Source: the human T2T-CHM13v2.0 reference genome, Homo sapiens
DNA: 64,000 nucleotides
Reading direction: 5' to 3' (one strand)
Assembly: GCF_009914755.1 (NCBI RefSeq)
Contig: NC_060941.1
Each line of letters begins with the position of its first letter. The first letter of the stretch is position 1. Shown here piece after piece: positions 31,686 through 47,378 of this stretch. The position numbers and the translations under genes were made by a program. Below the pieces are notes generated by a model. The model saw nothing but the letters and a program-made list of their open reading frames with translations. It made no database searches and had not been told where the DNA came from.

Positions 31686-33322
31686 TAGAATTTAAGTCAA
31701 AACTGTAAAATGAGAAACAGAAGGTCATCATATAGTGATAAGGGGCTCCACTCATCAAATGGATATAACAATTACAAACATATACATACCCAATATAACA
31801 GCACCTAAATATATAAAGCAAATATTCATAGATATGAAGGAAGAGATAGACTGTAATACAATAACAGGAGAGAACTTCAGTACTACACTCTCAACAGTAG
31901 ACAGATCATCCACATAGAACATCAATAAGGAAACATCAGACTTAAACTACACTTTAGAGCAAATGTACCTAAAAGACATTATGCTCAGCATTCCATCCAG
32001 CAGCAAGAGAATACACTTATGTCTCAAGTACAACATGAAACATTCTGCAGAACTATGTTAGGCTATAAAACAAGTCTTAACAAATTTAAGAGGATTTAAA
32101 TAATATAAAGTGTCTTTTTCAATCACAATGGTATGAAATTAAAAATCAATTAACAGGAGAAACCTTGGAAAATTCACAAATATGTGAAAATAACATAATC
32201 CTGAACAACCAGTAAGTCAAAAAAATCAAAAGAAAAATTAAAAAAAAACTTGAGACAAACAAAAACGGGACACAGGATGCCAAAACTTATGGGATATAGC
32301 AAAAGGAGTCCTACAAGGGAAATTAATGGCATTTTTTTAAAAAAAGAAAGACAAACCTCAAATCAACAACCTAATATTATACCTCAGAACTAAAAAAAAG
32401 GAAAAATGAACTAAGCCTAAAGTTAGGAGAAGGAAGGAAGTCATAAAGATCAGAGCAGAAAAAAATGAAATAGAGACTAGAAAAACAATAAAAAAGATCA
32501 ATGAAACTACGAGTTGGTTTTTCAAAAAAATAAAATTTACAAAACATTAGCTAGACTAAGAATAAAAGAGAAGACTCAAATAAATAATATCAGAAATGAA
32601 AGGGCAGACTTTAAAATCGATAATATAGAAACACAAAAACAAGGGAGAATTACGAACCACTATACATCAACAAATTGTATAGCTGAGGAAACAGATGAAT
32701 TCCTACACATATAGAACCTACCACGACTGAGTCATGAAGAAATAGAACATCTGAACAGACCAGCAATGACTAAGGAGACTGAATCATTAGCAAGAAACTT
32801 CTCAACAAAGAGAAGCTCAGGACATGATGAAAAAGAGAAGCTTCTCAACAAAGAGAAGCTTCAGCTCACTGCTGAATTCTACCAAACATTAGAAGAACTA
32901 ATACCAATCCTGCTCAAACTCTTCCCAAAAAACTGAAGTAGAGGGAATATTTCCAAACTCATATCGTAAGGCCAATGTTACCCTGATACCAAAAACACAC
33001 AAGGACACAAGGAAAGAACATTACAGGCCAATATCCCTAATGAACATAGATGCAAAAATCTTCAATAAAATACTAGCAATAAAAAAACAACACCCAGAAT
33101 TCAACAACACATTAAAATGATCAGCTAACCACGATCAAGAGGAATTTATCCCTGGGATGCAAAAGTGTTTCAACATATGCAAATCAATAAATGTTAGACA
33201 ACGCATTAATAAAATGAAGAATAAAAACCACGATTATCTCAATAGATGCAGAAAAACCACTTGCCAAAATTCAACATCATTTCATAATAAAAACTCTTAA
33301 CAAATTAAGTATAGAAAAAAAG

Positions 33323-35068
33323 TCTCTCCCTCTCCCTCTCCCCCTCCCCCTCCTCCTCCCCCTCCCCCTCCCCCTCTCCCTCTCCCCACGGTCTCCCTCT
33401 CCCTCTCTTTCCACGGTCTCCCTCTGATGCCGAGCCGAAGCTGTACTGTACTGCCGCCGTCTCGGCTCACTGCAACCTCCCTGCCTGATTCTCCTGCCTC
33501 AGCCTGCCGAGTGCCTGCGATTGCAGGCGCACGCCACCACGCCTGACTGGTTTTCGTATTTTTTTGGTGGAGATGGGGTTTTGCTGTGTTGGCCGGGCTG
33601 GTCTCCAGCTCCTCACCGCGAGTGATCCGCCAGCCTCGGCCTCCCGAGGTGCCAGGATTGCAGATGGAGTCTCGTTCACTCAGTGCTCAATGGTGCCCAG
33701 GCTGGAGTGCAGTGGCATGATCTCGGCTCGCTGCAACCTCTACCTCCCAGCCGCCTGCCTTGGCCTCCCAAAGTGCCGAGATTGCAGCCTCTGCCCGGCC
33801 GCCACCCCGTCTGGGAAGTGAGGAGCGTCTCTGCCTGGCCGCCCATCTTCTGGGATGTGAGGAGCCCCTCTGCCTGGCTGCCCAGTCTGGAAAGTGAGGA
33901 GCATCTCTGCCCGGCCGCCATCCCATCTAGGAAGTGAGGAGCGCCTCTTCCCCGCCGCCATCCCATCTAGGAAGTGAGGAGCGTCTCTGCCCGGCTGCCC
34001 ATCGTCTGAGATGTGGGGAGCGCCTCTGCCCCACTGCCCCGTCTGGGATGTGAGGAGCGCCTCTGCCCGGCCGCGACCCCGTCTGGGAGGTGAGGAGCGT
34101 CTCTGCCCAGCCGCCCCGTCTGAGAAGTGAGGAGCCCCTCTGCCCGGCCAGCCGCCCCGTCCGGGAGGGAGGTGGGGGGGTCAGCCCCCCGCCCGGCCAG
34201 CCGCCCCGTCCGGGAGGGAGGTGGGGGGGCCAGCCCCCCGCCCGGCCAGCCGCCCCGTCCGGGAGGGAGGAGGGGGGGTCAGCCCCCCGCCCGGCCAGCC
34301 GCCCCATCCGGGAGGGAGGTGGGGGGGTCAGCCCCCTGCCCGGCCAGCCGCCCCGTCCGGAGGTGGGTGGGGGGGTCAGCCCGCGGCCGGCCAGCCGACC
34401 CGTCCGGGAGGGAGGAGGGGGGGTCAGCCCCCCGCCCGGCCAGCCGCCCGTCCGGGAGGTGAGGGGCACCTCTGCCCGGCCGCCCCTACTGGGAAGTGAG
34501 GAGCCCCTCTGCCCGGCCACCACCCCGTCTGGGAGGTGTGCCCAGCGGCTCATTGAGAACGGGCCATGATGACAGTGGCAGTTTTGTGGAATAGAAAGGG
34601 GGGAAAGGTGGGGAAAAGATTGAGAAATCGGATGGTTGCCGTGTCTGTGTAGAAAGAAGTAGACATGGGAGACTTTTCATTTTGTTCTGTACTAAGAAAA
34701 ATTCTTCTGCCTTGGGATCCTGTTGATCTGTGACCTTACCCCCAACGCTGTGCTCTCTGAAACATGTGCTGTGTCCACTCAGGGTTAAATGGATTAAGGG
34801 CGGGGCAAGATGTGCTTTGTTAAACAGATGCTTGAAGGCAGCATGCTCCTTAAGAGTCATCACCACTCCCTAATCTCAAGTACCCAGGGACACAAACACT
34901 GCGGAAGCCCGCAGGGTCCTCTGCCTAGGAAAACCAGAGACCTTTGTTCACTTGTTTATCTGCTGACCTTCCCTCCACTATTGTCCTATGACCCTGCCAA
35001 ATCCCCCTCTGCGAGAAACACCCAAGAATGATCAATTAAAAAAAAAAAAAAAAGAAAAGAAAAAAAAA
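33323..35068 (+). mobile_element. Full-length SVA (D-like) retrotransposon
   Basis: (CCCTCT)n-like head 33323-33410, antisense Alu-like region to about 33790, GC-rich VNTR about 33790-34540, SINE-R to about 35037, poly(A), A-rich TSD agaaaaaaa. Confidence 0.97.
33790..34540 (+). repeat. SVA VNTR (~35-50-bp GC-rich units)
   Basis: Repeats of gcccggccagccgccccgtccgggagggaggtgggggggtcagccccc and gaagtgaggagcgtctctgccc. Confidence 0.95.
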
Positions 35069-35376
35069 TACCATAACATAATAATCAACATGTATGACAA
35101 GCCCACAGGTAAAATCCTACTCAATGGTGAAAAGCTGAAAGCTCTTCTTCTAAGATTTGGAATTAGACAAGGATGTCCACACTTATTTTCAACATACTAG
35201 TAGAAGTCCTAGCCAGAGTAATTTGGCAAGATAATGGGGAAAAAAGGCATCCTAGTAGGAAAGGAAGAAGTAGAATTGTCTCTGTATGCTGATGACATAA
35301 TCTATATACAGAAAACCCTAAGGATTCCACACACACACACAAAAACTGAATTGATAAATGAATTCAGCAGAGTTGA

Positions 35377-35733
<357 letters not shown>

Positions 35734-38391
35734 CAAAAAAGAAATTTTTAAGAATCTCATTTATAATAGCAATAAAAATAAAATAATTAGTATTCATTTA
35801 TCCAAAGAGGCAAAAGATGTATACATTGAAAACTATAAAACACCAATGAAAAAAATTAAGGAAAACACGGGTAGAAACATATCCTGTGTTCTCGGATCAG
35901 AAGAATTAATAGTGTTAAAATGCCCATACTACCCAAAGCAATCTACAGATTCAAGCAATTCCTATCAAAATGCCAATGTCATTTCTCACAGAAATAGAAA
36001 AACCAATCCGAAAATTGGTATGGTATCATAGAAGACTCCAAATAGCCAAAGCAATCTTGAACAATAAGTAACAACAACAAAGCTGGAGGCATCACACTAC
36101 CTGACATCAAAATATAATAAAAAACTACATTAATCAAAACAGCATGGTATAGGCACAAGAGCTGATACATTAGCCAGAGGAACAGGATAGAGTTCAGAAA
36201 TAAACATCCATTTATAGACAATTGATTTCAATAAAGGTGCCAAAATCACACAATAGGAGAAAGGATGGTCTCTTCAATAAATGGTACTGAGAAAAGTGGC
36301 TATTCACATACAGAAAAAAATGAAATTGGGTTTTTATCATACACCATATACAAAAATATACTCAAAATGGATTAAAGACTTAAATATAAAAGTTGAAGCT
36401 CTAAAACTAGTAGAAAATACAGGGAGAAAGCTTCCTGACATCAGTCTTAGCAAAGATTTCTTGGATATGACAATAAAAGCACAGGCAACAAAGGCAAACA
36501 CAGACAAATGGAATTACATCAAACTAAAATGTTTCTGCACAGGAAACTAAACAATCAACAAAGTAAAAAAACAACCTACAGAATGAAAGAAAATATCTGC
36601 AAACCATACATATTATAAGGGATTGATATTCAAAATATATAAAGAACACAAATAACTCAATAGCAAGAAAAATAAACTGATTAAAAAACAGGCAAAGGAC
36701 CTAACCAGATATTTCTCAAAATAAGACATAAAAATGCCCCACAAGCTGATGGAACAAAATGCTCAACATCACTAATTAGGGAAATGCCAGTTCAAACTAC
36801 AATGAGATATCACGTCACAACTGTTAGAACAGTTTTTATCAAAAAGATGAAAGTGAACAAGTGCTGCTGAGGATGTGGAGAAAAGGGAACCCTTGTACAC
36901 TGCTGGTGAGGATGTAAATTAGTATAACCACTACAGAAAATGTATGGAATTTCCTCAAAAAACTAAAAATAGAACTACCATTTTTTCATCCAGCAGTCCC
37001 ACTACTCAGCATAAATCAAAGGAATTGAAATCAAAATTTCAAAGAGATATATACACTCCCATGTTCATTGCAGCATTATTCACAATAGACAAGATATGGA
37101 ATCAACCTATGTATCCATTGAAGGATAAAGGGATAAAGAAAATGTGGCATGTATATATCTTGGAATACTATTCAGCCTTTAAAAATAAGGAAATTCTGTC
37201 ATTTGTGATAACATGGATAAACCTGGAGGACGTTGTGTTAAGTTAAATAAGCCAAGCACAGAAAGACAAAATGGCATGATCTCACTTACAGGTAGAACCT
37301 AAAAAAGTTGAACTCAGAAGTAGAGAGTACAATGGTAGTTAGGAAAGGCTGGGCGAGAGTAGGAAAAGGGAATTGGGAGATACTGTTCAAAGGGTACAAA
37401 GTTTCACTTAGACAAGAAGAATACTTTCTAGTGATCAACTGCAGAGCATAGCGACTATAGTTAATAATATATATTTCAAAATTGGTAAGAGAGTATATTT
37501 CAAATAGTCACCACAAAAAACCAGTAAATGAGGTTATGGCTATGTTAATTAGCTTGTTTTAATCATCTACATTGTGTGCATGTGTGCATTTTGATATATG
37601 TATCAAAACATCACATTGTATCTCATAAATATATACAATTATGATTTGTCAATTAAAAATATAAAAAATTAAAATTAAAATTATTTGGGGTCAAAAAAAT
37701 CTCTTAAGGATGAAATGGTAAGCAAAAGTGATACAGGAACTAAACAGAAGGTAAATCAAGGATGGTAGGCCTGATATATTCAGCATTTTTAAGACAAATC
37801 TACATATAAAATTGGTTTTTGTTTCTTTTACTTTGGGCAAGTTGAAATATTAAAAATAAATAATAAACATTAAAATATTTAAAATGTTGAACATTTAAGT
37901 ACTTAAAATAGAAGAATTTTATGTACTCAAAGTTGGTAAAAATAGATTATCTTCTATCTAAATAATTTAAAACACATTAAAAGGCTTTTGTATCAAAAGA
38001 TTTTAAAAAATTCAAAGTAAATAACAACTGATATTATAACAAAACAAAATGCATGTTATTTTAGATGATACTGACCGAAAATGCCAGACCCCATTCCATT
38101 CTCTTTTCACAATATAACAAAAATTCAAAAATCATCTTACAAAACACTTTGTAGAAAAACACAGCGTTCTCAGTTGCCATAGATACACAACATTCTGCTT
38201 CATCATGCAATATTCCGTATTCCATTCAACTTCAAGTAAAAAGAAATACATAAAGGAAACGTCTTTATTGTGTAACTCAGGCTTCACGAGAACCTAAGAT
38301 TAAAACCTAGTGGCCAAAAAAGGTACAGAAAAGGGCTTGAGTACATTTCTGTGGCTGTTTAGTGTTCAAAGATAATAAAGTGTGTTAGGTA

Positions 38392-38575
38392 TTTTTTTGT
38401 TTTGTTTTGTTGTTTTTTTTTTTGGAGACAGTGTCTTGCTCTGTGGCCCAGGCTGGAGTACAGTGGCACAATCTCAACTCACTGCAACCTCTGACTCCCA
38501 GTTAAAGCGATTCTTCTGCCTCAAGTCTTCCAAGTAGCTGGGATTACAGACAAGTGTGAGCCACCACACCTGGCT
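38392..38575 (-). mobile_element. Monomeric Alu (right-arm / FRAM-like)
   Basis: Single arm with T tail, TSD aagtgt(g/a)ttag. Confidence 0.85.
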
Positions 38576-38662
38576 TGAAGTGTATTAGATTTTCCTGATA
38601 TGGTGCTTCAAAAATTACTTGTTGGTAAACATAAGAGAAAGCCCACGTATCCATAGCTTTAA

Positions 38663-38996
38663 CAAGGGGTCCCCAACCCCCAGGGCCATGGACTGGTACT
38701 GGTCCTTGGCCTGTTAGGAACCCTGCATCCAGCAGGAGGTGAGTGGCAGGGTGAGTGAGCATTACCACCTAAGCTCCACCTCCTGTCAGATCAGTGTTGG
38801 CATTAGATTCTCACAGGAGCGTGAACCCTATTGTGAACTGTGCATGCGAGGGATCTAGGTTGTACACTCCTTAAGAGAATCTAATGCCTGATGATCTCAG
38901 GTGGAACAGTTTCATCCCCAAACCATCCTTCAGGTCCATGGAAAAGCTGTCTTCCAGAAAACTAGTACCTAGTGCCAAAAAGGTTGGGTACTGCTG
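38663..38996 (+). mobile_element. MER1B (hAT-Charlie MITE)
   Basis: aggggtccccaacccc...gccaaaaaggttgggtactgctg, internal cattagattctcacaggagcgtgaaccctattgtgaactg. Confidence 0.9.
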
Positions 38997-39589
38997 GTTT
39001 AAATAGTATAGGTGCTTATTTTTTTTTCCCTTATGTTACAAAAAGTTCAGAAGTAGTCTGCTACATTGGCAGCTCAAAGATGTCAGGGCAACTGCAATTC
39101 AGCCTTCTCCTAGCAGTTGCAAAATGGTTTCTGTAGCTTTGCATATCTGGAAAAGGAAGGGTAAAGGGTGAAGGGTAAAGACTGAAGGGCAAAGGGTAAG
39201 TATCAGGTGAGTTGAATCCCCTTTTAGGGGGCTTTCCTGCAAGTTCCTGCCGATAGCAAATTAATTATCCTATTTGCATCTCAACTTACTTGAACTACAT
39301 TAAATGTCCAGCTCCATCTACAAAGTAAGAGTATAGTTTTAAAACTGTGTCTCATGTTGCCCTAAGTAAAATCAAGGTTCTATTACTAATAAAGTAGGAA
39401 TGTATATTGGATGAGCATCTGGCAGTCTCCATCAGATACAGTCATAATAAATCATTACTCTTTCTCCAGTAAAGTACTATTGTGTTATTATACTCTAAGT
39501 AATTTGACATATACAATTCATATTATACAATTATGCAATTATATATAAGTACACAATTCAAAATATATTTTGTTGTATTTAATACATAT

Positions 39590-39737
39590 TTAAGGTGTAA
39601 GAAATAATTCTTCAAATATTTTCATATGTAGCTAGACAGATACATAGATATGAATAGATAGGCTTAAGGTGTAAGAAATAATCCTTCAAATATTTTCATA
39701 TGTAGCTGGATAGATACATAGATATGAATAGATAGGC
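39590..39737. repeat. Tandem duplication, 2 x 74 bp, 3 mismatches
   Basis: ttaaggtgtaagaaataa...gatatgaatagataggc at 39590-39663 and 39664-39737. Confidence 0.95.
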
Positions 39738-40050
39738 AGGCTGGCAGATAGACATAAATGGCAGAAAGATAAACATTTATTTCTGTGCCTGGCTAAAGAA
39801 CAAATTGGAACTAATGTTCTCAACAAGAAAAATCAATGACCATGTTAACTGATGATATCTGTAGTGCATTTGTGAAAGACAATCATCAGTTGATATAAGA
39901 AAGACAACATGTCTTATATGTATGTTAGTGTGGGTGAAGAAAGGTATGAAATAGGAGAGGTAGGAAATGTAGAAATATTTCTAGACATTTAACTACATTA
40001 CTAACACCATAAAAGTTTACCTAAACAAAACAACAAGCCTAACATATCTA

Positions 40051-40639
40051 TTTGTCTGAAAAGGATTTTATTTCTCCTTCACTTATGAAGCTTAGTTGCC
40101 CGATAAGAAATTCTGGGTTGGAAATTCTTTTCTTTAAGAATGTTGAATATTGGCCGCCAATCTCTTCTGGCTTGTAGGGTTTCTGCTGAGAGGTCTACTG
40201 TTAGTCTGATGAGTTTCTCTTTGTAGGTGACCTGGCCTTTCTCTCAGGCTGCCCTTAACATTTTTTCCCTTCATTTCTACCTTGGAAAATCTCATGATTA
40301 TGTGTCTTGGGGTTGATCTTCTCATGGAGTATCTTACTGGGGTTCTCTGAATTTCCTGAATTTGAATGTTGGCCTATCTTGTTGTGTTGGGTAAGTTCTC
40401 CTGGATGATATCCTGAAGTATGTTTTCCAACTTGATTCCATTCTCCCTGTCTTTTTCAGGTACACCAATCAGTCATAGGTTTGGTCTTTTTACATAATCC
40501 GATAGTTCTCAGAGGTGTTGTTCATTTATTTTCATTCTTTTTTCTCTAATCTTTTCTGCCTGTCTTATTTCAGCAAGATCTAAATTATTTTCCCTGGTCT
40601 ACTTAACTTTTGAGACTTGTCGTTGCATTGTGAAGTTCT
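40051..40639 (-). mobile_element. L1P ORF1 fragment, inverted
   Basis: Minus translation RSTPRHIIMRFSKVEMK..., ORF1 C-terminal half. Confidence 0.88.
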
Positions 40640-40955
40640 ATGCAGCCATAAAAAGCAATGAGATCATGTCTTTGCAGGGACATGGATGGAGCTGGAAGCC
40701 ATTATCCTCAGCAAACTAACACAGGAACAGAAAACCAAACACTGCATGTTCTCACTTGTAAATAGGAGCTGAACAAAGAGAACACATAGACACAGGGAGG
40801 GGAGAGCATCAGGATAAATAGCTAATGCATGTGGGTCTTAATACCTTAAGTGATGGGTTGAAAGGTGCAGTAAACCCCCATGGCACATGTTTACCTATGT
40901 CACACCTGCATGTCCTACACATGTATCCCAGAATTAAAATCAAATCAAATTACAT
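40638..40955 (+). mobile_element. L1PA13-16-like 3' end
   Basis: ctatgcagccataaaaag...gagagcatcaggataaatagctaatgcatg...catgtatcccagaattaaaat. Confidence 0.88.
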
Positions 40956-41193
40956 TTTTTAGAAATCCATTAATGAATTAACTATTCTTCCCTGCTCAAA
41001 GCACTGCCCCTTACTTCATTATTCTACTACTTTTAGATAATCAGCTTTCATATATCTTAAGAATCATATTTCTTTATTAATAAAAGAAAAGCAATAAAGT
41101 TAAATGGGTTATTATTACAGTTATTTTCATGAACATCACAATTGTTGCAGAATATCACTAACATTTTGGAAACACAGTTAAAGAAATTAAAAC

Positions 41194-41496
41194 TTTATTT
41201 TTTTTTTGTTTTTGTGTTTTGGAGAAAGGGTCTTGCTCTGTCGCTCAGGCTAGAGTGCAGTGCGGTGGAGTGACCATGGCTCACTATAACTTCAAATGGC
41301 TGGGCTCAAGTGATCATCTTACCTCAACCTCTGGAGTAACTGGTACCATAGTTACATGCCATTTTGCCCAGATAATTTTTTAATTTTTTGTCAAGATAGG
41401 GGGTCTCCTTCTGTTTCCCAGACTGACTCCTGGGCTCAAGTGATCATCTCACCTCAAAAGTTCTGGGATTATAGGTATGAGTCACCACGCCTGGCC
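41194..41496 (-). mobile_element. AluJ
   Basis: Diverged antisense dimer. Confidence 0.85.
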
Positions 41497-41559
41497 AAAA
41501 CACTTTCTTACATATTAAAATAATAAATTCCTTTTGGACAAGTATTAACATTCTAAAAA

Positions 41560-43700
<2,141 letters not shown>

Positions 43701-46700
43701 AAGTTCATTACCAATAACATTTCAACAAGTAAACATTTTAAGAAACTCATAGTCACACAAAGATGTCACAATGCAGATATGTGCATAACTCATTGGGCTA
43801 CCTTAGATGACTCTCCTCCGTGCTCTCTTAATGACCTGTGAACTCCACTAGTTACACCATCTATTATAATCATAACACCTTTATGCATTGGTCTATCACA
43901 CAAGCCACAAACATGCCTATAAATAAGCTGTGTATTCCCAGAACCTACAACAGTGGCTAGTAGAGAGCAGGTATTCAAAAATTTTTTATGAATAAATGAA
44001 AGAAAAAATCCCGTCTGTTGAATCCTTTGACTGGCCAGTAAGTCAATAAAACAGTCCCTGTATTAAAAAATAACAATGTTACTATTTTCACAAATCAGCC
44101 AAGTGGAGACATAATGACATGTTTTCTAGCCTGATATTCTCAGTAGATGATTATTTTGCTTATTTTCTTTCTGCAAAAGAGATTAGTCACTGATGAATAT
44201 TAGTAGGAAAAAGCTTCACTTACTATCCAATTAAGCACTTAAAGATACAAGTTTTCTTTTAAGTGTTTTGTTTATTTTTTGTTTTTCAAAGCCAAATACT
44301 TATACATATTCTTTGGAAGCTGTCATTTAGAATTCATTAATTATCATAATAGCATCTATTTAAACGTTTAAAGGTATTCTAAAATTTTATCTCTGCTACC
44401 TAATCTTAAAGACAATATTTAATAGAGACATTTCTACATTATCATCAATAATTAACCGAGAGAAAATGCTTCTATTTATATTGGGTCTCTTATTATCATA
44501 AAAGTAGTCTTAAAAGGCTGATTTAAAATTACATGAGCTAATACAAGCCTAAAAGGACAATGAGACAAAGGTCCAAGTCATAATGAATGGTTTGTATGAT
44601 GACTGGTTTTGTTCTTTAAGTCTATTTCTTATCCAATGACACATAATGACACAAACATATCCAGATAGCGTTCTTGCTTCCTTGTAAGTTGAGAATTCCT
44701 TTCATTAATTCAATAACAATAATAGGATGATACACTAAAACTTAAAAATCTCTAAGAATGCAAGGAACTGACTAGCCAGTTTCAATTGTGCTACAAACCA
44801 GGATAAACCTCACTCGTCAACACCAGCGCTTTTCAGAACTTTGTTTTCATGACAAACCAGTGGGTTTTCCAGGTATAAAGTTAGCATCATATATCTAATG
44901 ACTGTTAAAAAGAAAAGGAGTAGAATTTAAAGCCAGATATTTAGCAGCAAATAGCATTTAATAAGGATGTATTTTCAAGAGGAGAAAAATAAATTAGGAA
45001 AGTCAAGTGGCTAGTGGAAGCCCCAGGAGGAACTAGTTAGCTGACGTTCATATTGCTGGTATACAAGATTTAAAAGATTTACTTTAATAGAATTGCTGCC
45101 AATACTTCAGAGAACATAGCTGTCTTTTTCAGTCATTTATGTGTTTCACAGAGAATAGGTAAATATAGAACGCTGTTTCTTTGAAAAATATGATTTTATA
45201 TATATATATATATACATAGAAATAATTCTAACGATAATGCATTTTCACAATTAAAATATGTACATTTTACACAGTTAGTTGCTGAGAGCTAAACTTATAA
45301 TAAATTTCACCATTTCAGTATAAATTAGATTTAAGCAATATTAAATGAGATAAATGTTCTTCAAAGCGAAAGAAAGAGTGTGCAGCAATTTTTTAAAAAG
45401 TTTACGTCTGTTACATTTTGTCTCATGGGCTTTATTTTTGAAACAGCAATTCTCTTTCTAAAACAAACTCAAAGCTTTTATTTTTTAATTCAAAATCCTA
45501 CTGTCTGCAATCTGCAGCAGTTTCCAAATGGAAAAAGATGCCCTACAGCTCTGCTGGCTTTTAAACAAAATATTTCTGTAAGAAGAGAAAAGCGGTTCAA
45601 AACAAGAACAGAAAAGGAAGACTTAAAAATATAGACTATGGAAAAATCTAAACACATTATGATTATCCAAATAATGACTCTGCTGATTGATTTCTTTTAG
45701 AATTTGAGTTATATCAGATTCACATTTTTTTAATCAACTGATAATCTGTAATCAAAGACACAATTTACCATGTTTGACATATATATTTTAATATTTTAAC
45801 ATCTGTTCAAATTTGCCATGTAAGAATTACTTGATTTGCGAATAAGCCTAGCTATAAGGATTATGTTCTAAATGGGGTCCCTTGTTACTACACTCACACC
45901 AAAGGTGCTTTCTTTATTTCAGAAACCCAACTGCACTTGGCAAAACTACATATAATTGAAACCAGTGAAGAATATTTCTTCAACAGAAGACAACCAAAAT
46001 AATTTCCTGTTCATGGGTTGCTGTTACTATTAGTTTTCGAGGAGTCTGAATCTAGCACACTAGACAGACAGATCAGGCCTGGTGAGGGCTGCTCAGAAAG
46101 ATGGGACATAGGAATCAGGTATGTGGGGGGAATTTGAGGGGATCCTAGAGGCATGCGCCAAATTGGGTTCTTCGTTGGATCATTTAACCAGTCCACAGCA
46201 ATGTAATACCAAGAAGACAGAAACACATGAACTCTTAGATAAAGAAGAAGGAGACTCAAGTAGGTCTGGCAGAATTGAAGAAGTAAGATCGAATACAGAC
46301 GATGAGCCAGGCATTCAACAAAACAGTCAGAGATGATATGAGGAGTGGACCAATTAAAAGGGTAGTTCTGGAACCAATTCCACAAATAGGATCTTTCATC
46401 CCTGGCTATCCTTATCTGGTAACATCCTCATTTTGTCTGGATAGGGTTCTTAAGGTTTCTGAGATTATATTATCTCCGGGGCTTTCAATTCTCCCACAGA
46501 AATACAATATTCTTTTTTTAACTTAAAAAAATTAATCATTTCTCCATTCTCTCAAATTTTTGGACATGTATTTTCTAATTTTTCCTCATTAATAAATAAC
46601 ATCACAATACACATCCGTCAGCACACATCTCACACACTGTATTTTTTAAAAAATAGCCTTAGAAGTAGAATCAACAGGTAAATGGAGACACAGTGTTAAA

Positions 46701-46879
46701 ATGATCCTTCAAAAAGGTTATACAACTTTACATGCCCAGCAGAAATGCATGTCACTACCTGTTTTCTTAGGCCTTCATGAATTTCTATCTATGTGTTAGG
46801 TGGAAAATAGCTTATTGCTGTTTTAATTTTTTTTAAACTTTACTAGTGAAAATAAAGATTTCTTACTGTCAATTTCTAC

Positions 46880-47325
46880 CAAAAATTACATTGGAATTTT
46901 GAAAGAAATTGCATTGAATTTGTAGGTCAATTATCGGAGAATTACCATCTTGACAAAATTGAGCTTTCTAATCCATAAACAAAGAATAGCTCTCCACTTA
47001 CTTAGATCTTTTTAACATTTCTCTTAGGAATATTTTGTTTTTAATGCTTAAGTCTTCAATTTATTTTATTTGTTTACTTGTAAATATTTTATTCTTTTCG
47101 ACGTTATTATGAATTAAATGGCTTTCTTAATTTCATTTTCAAATATTTCACTGCTAGTATATAAAAGTGTGATTTTTACATATTTTATCCTGCAAGCTTG
47201 TTTAAATCATGTATTAGTTCTAGTATATCTTTAATAGATTTTGTGGGATTTTCACTATACAGGATCATAATATCTGATACATTTGTACTTCTTTCTTTCC
47301 ATTCTGGATACATTACTATTATTAT

Positions 47326-47378
<53 letters not shown>

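Noticed and set aside
33467-35031. Many overlapping Pro/Gly/Arg-rich ORFs and a CpG-island-like promoter
   Set aside because: All derive from the SVA Alu-like, VNTR and SINE-R domains.
45400-45600. Strong minus-strand acceptor (CTTTTCTCTTCTTACAG near 45577)
   Set aside because: No convincing donor at exon-like distance.
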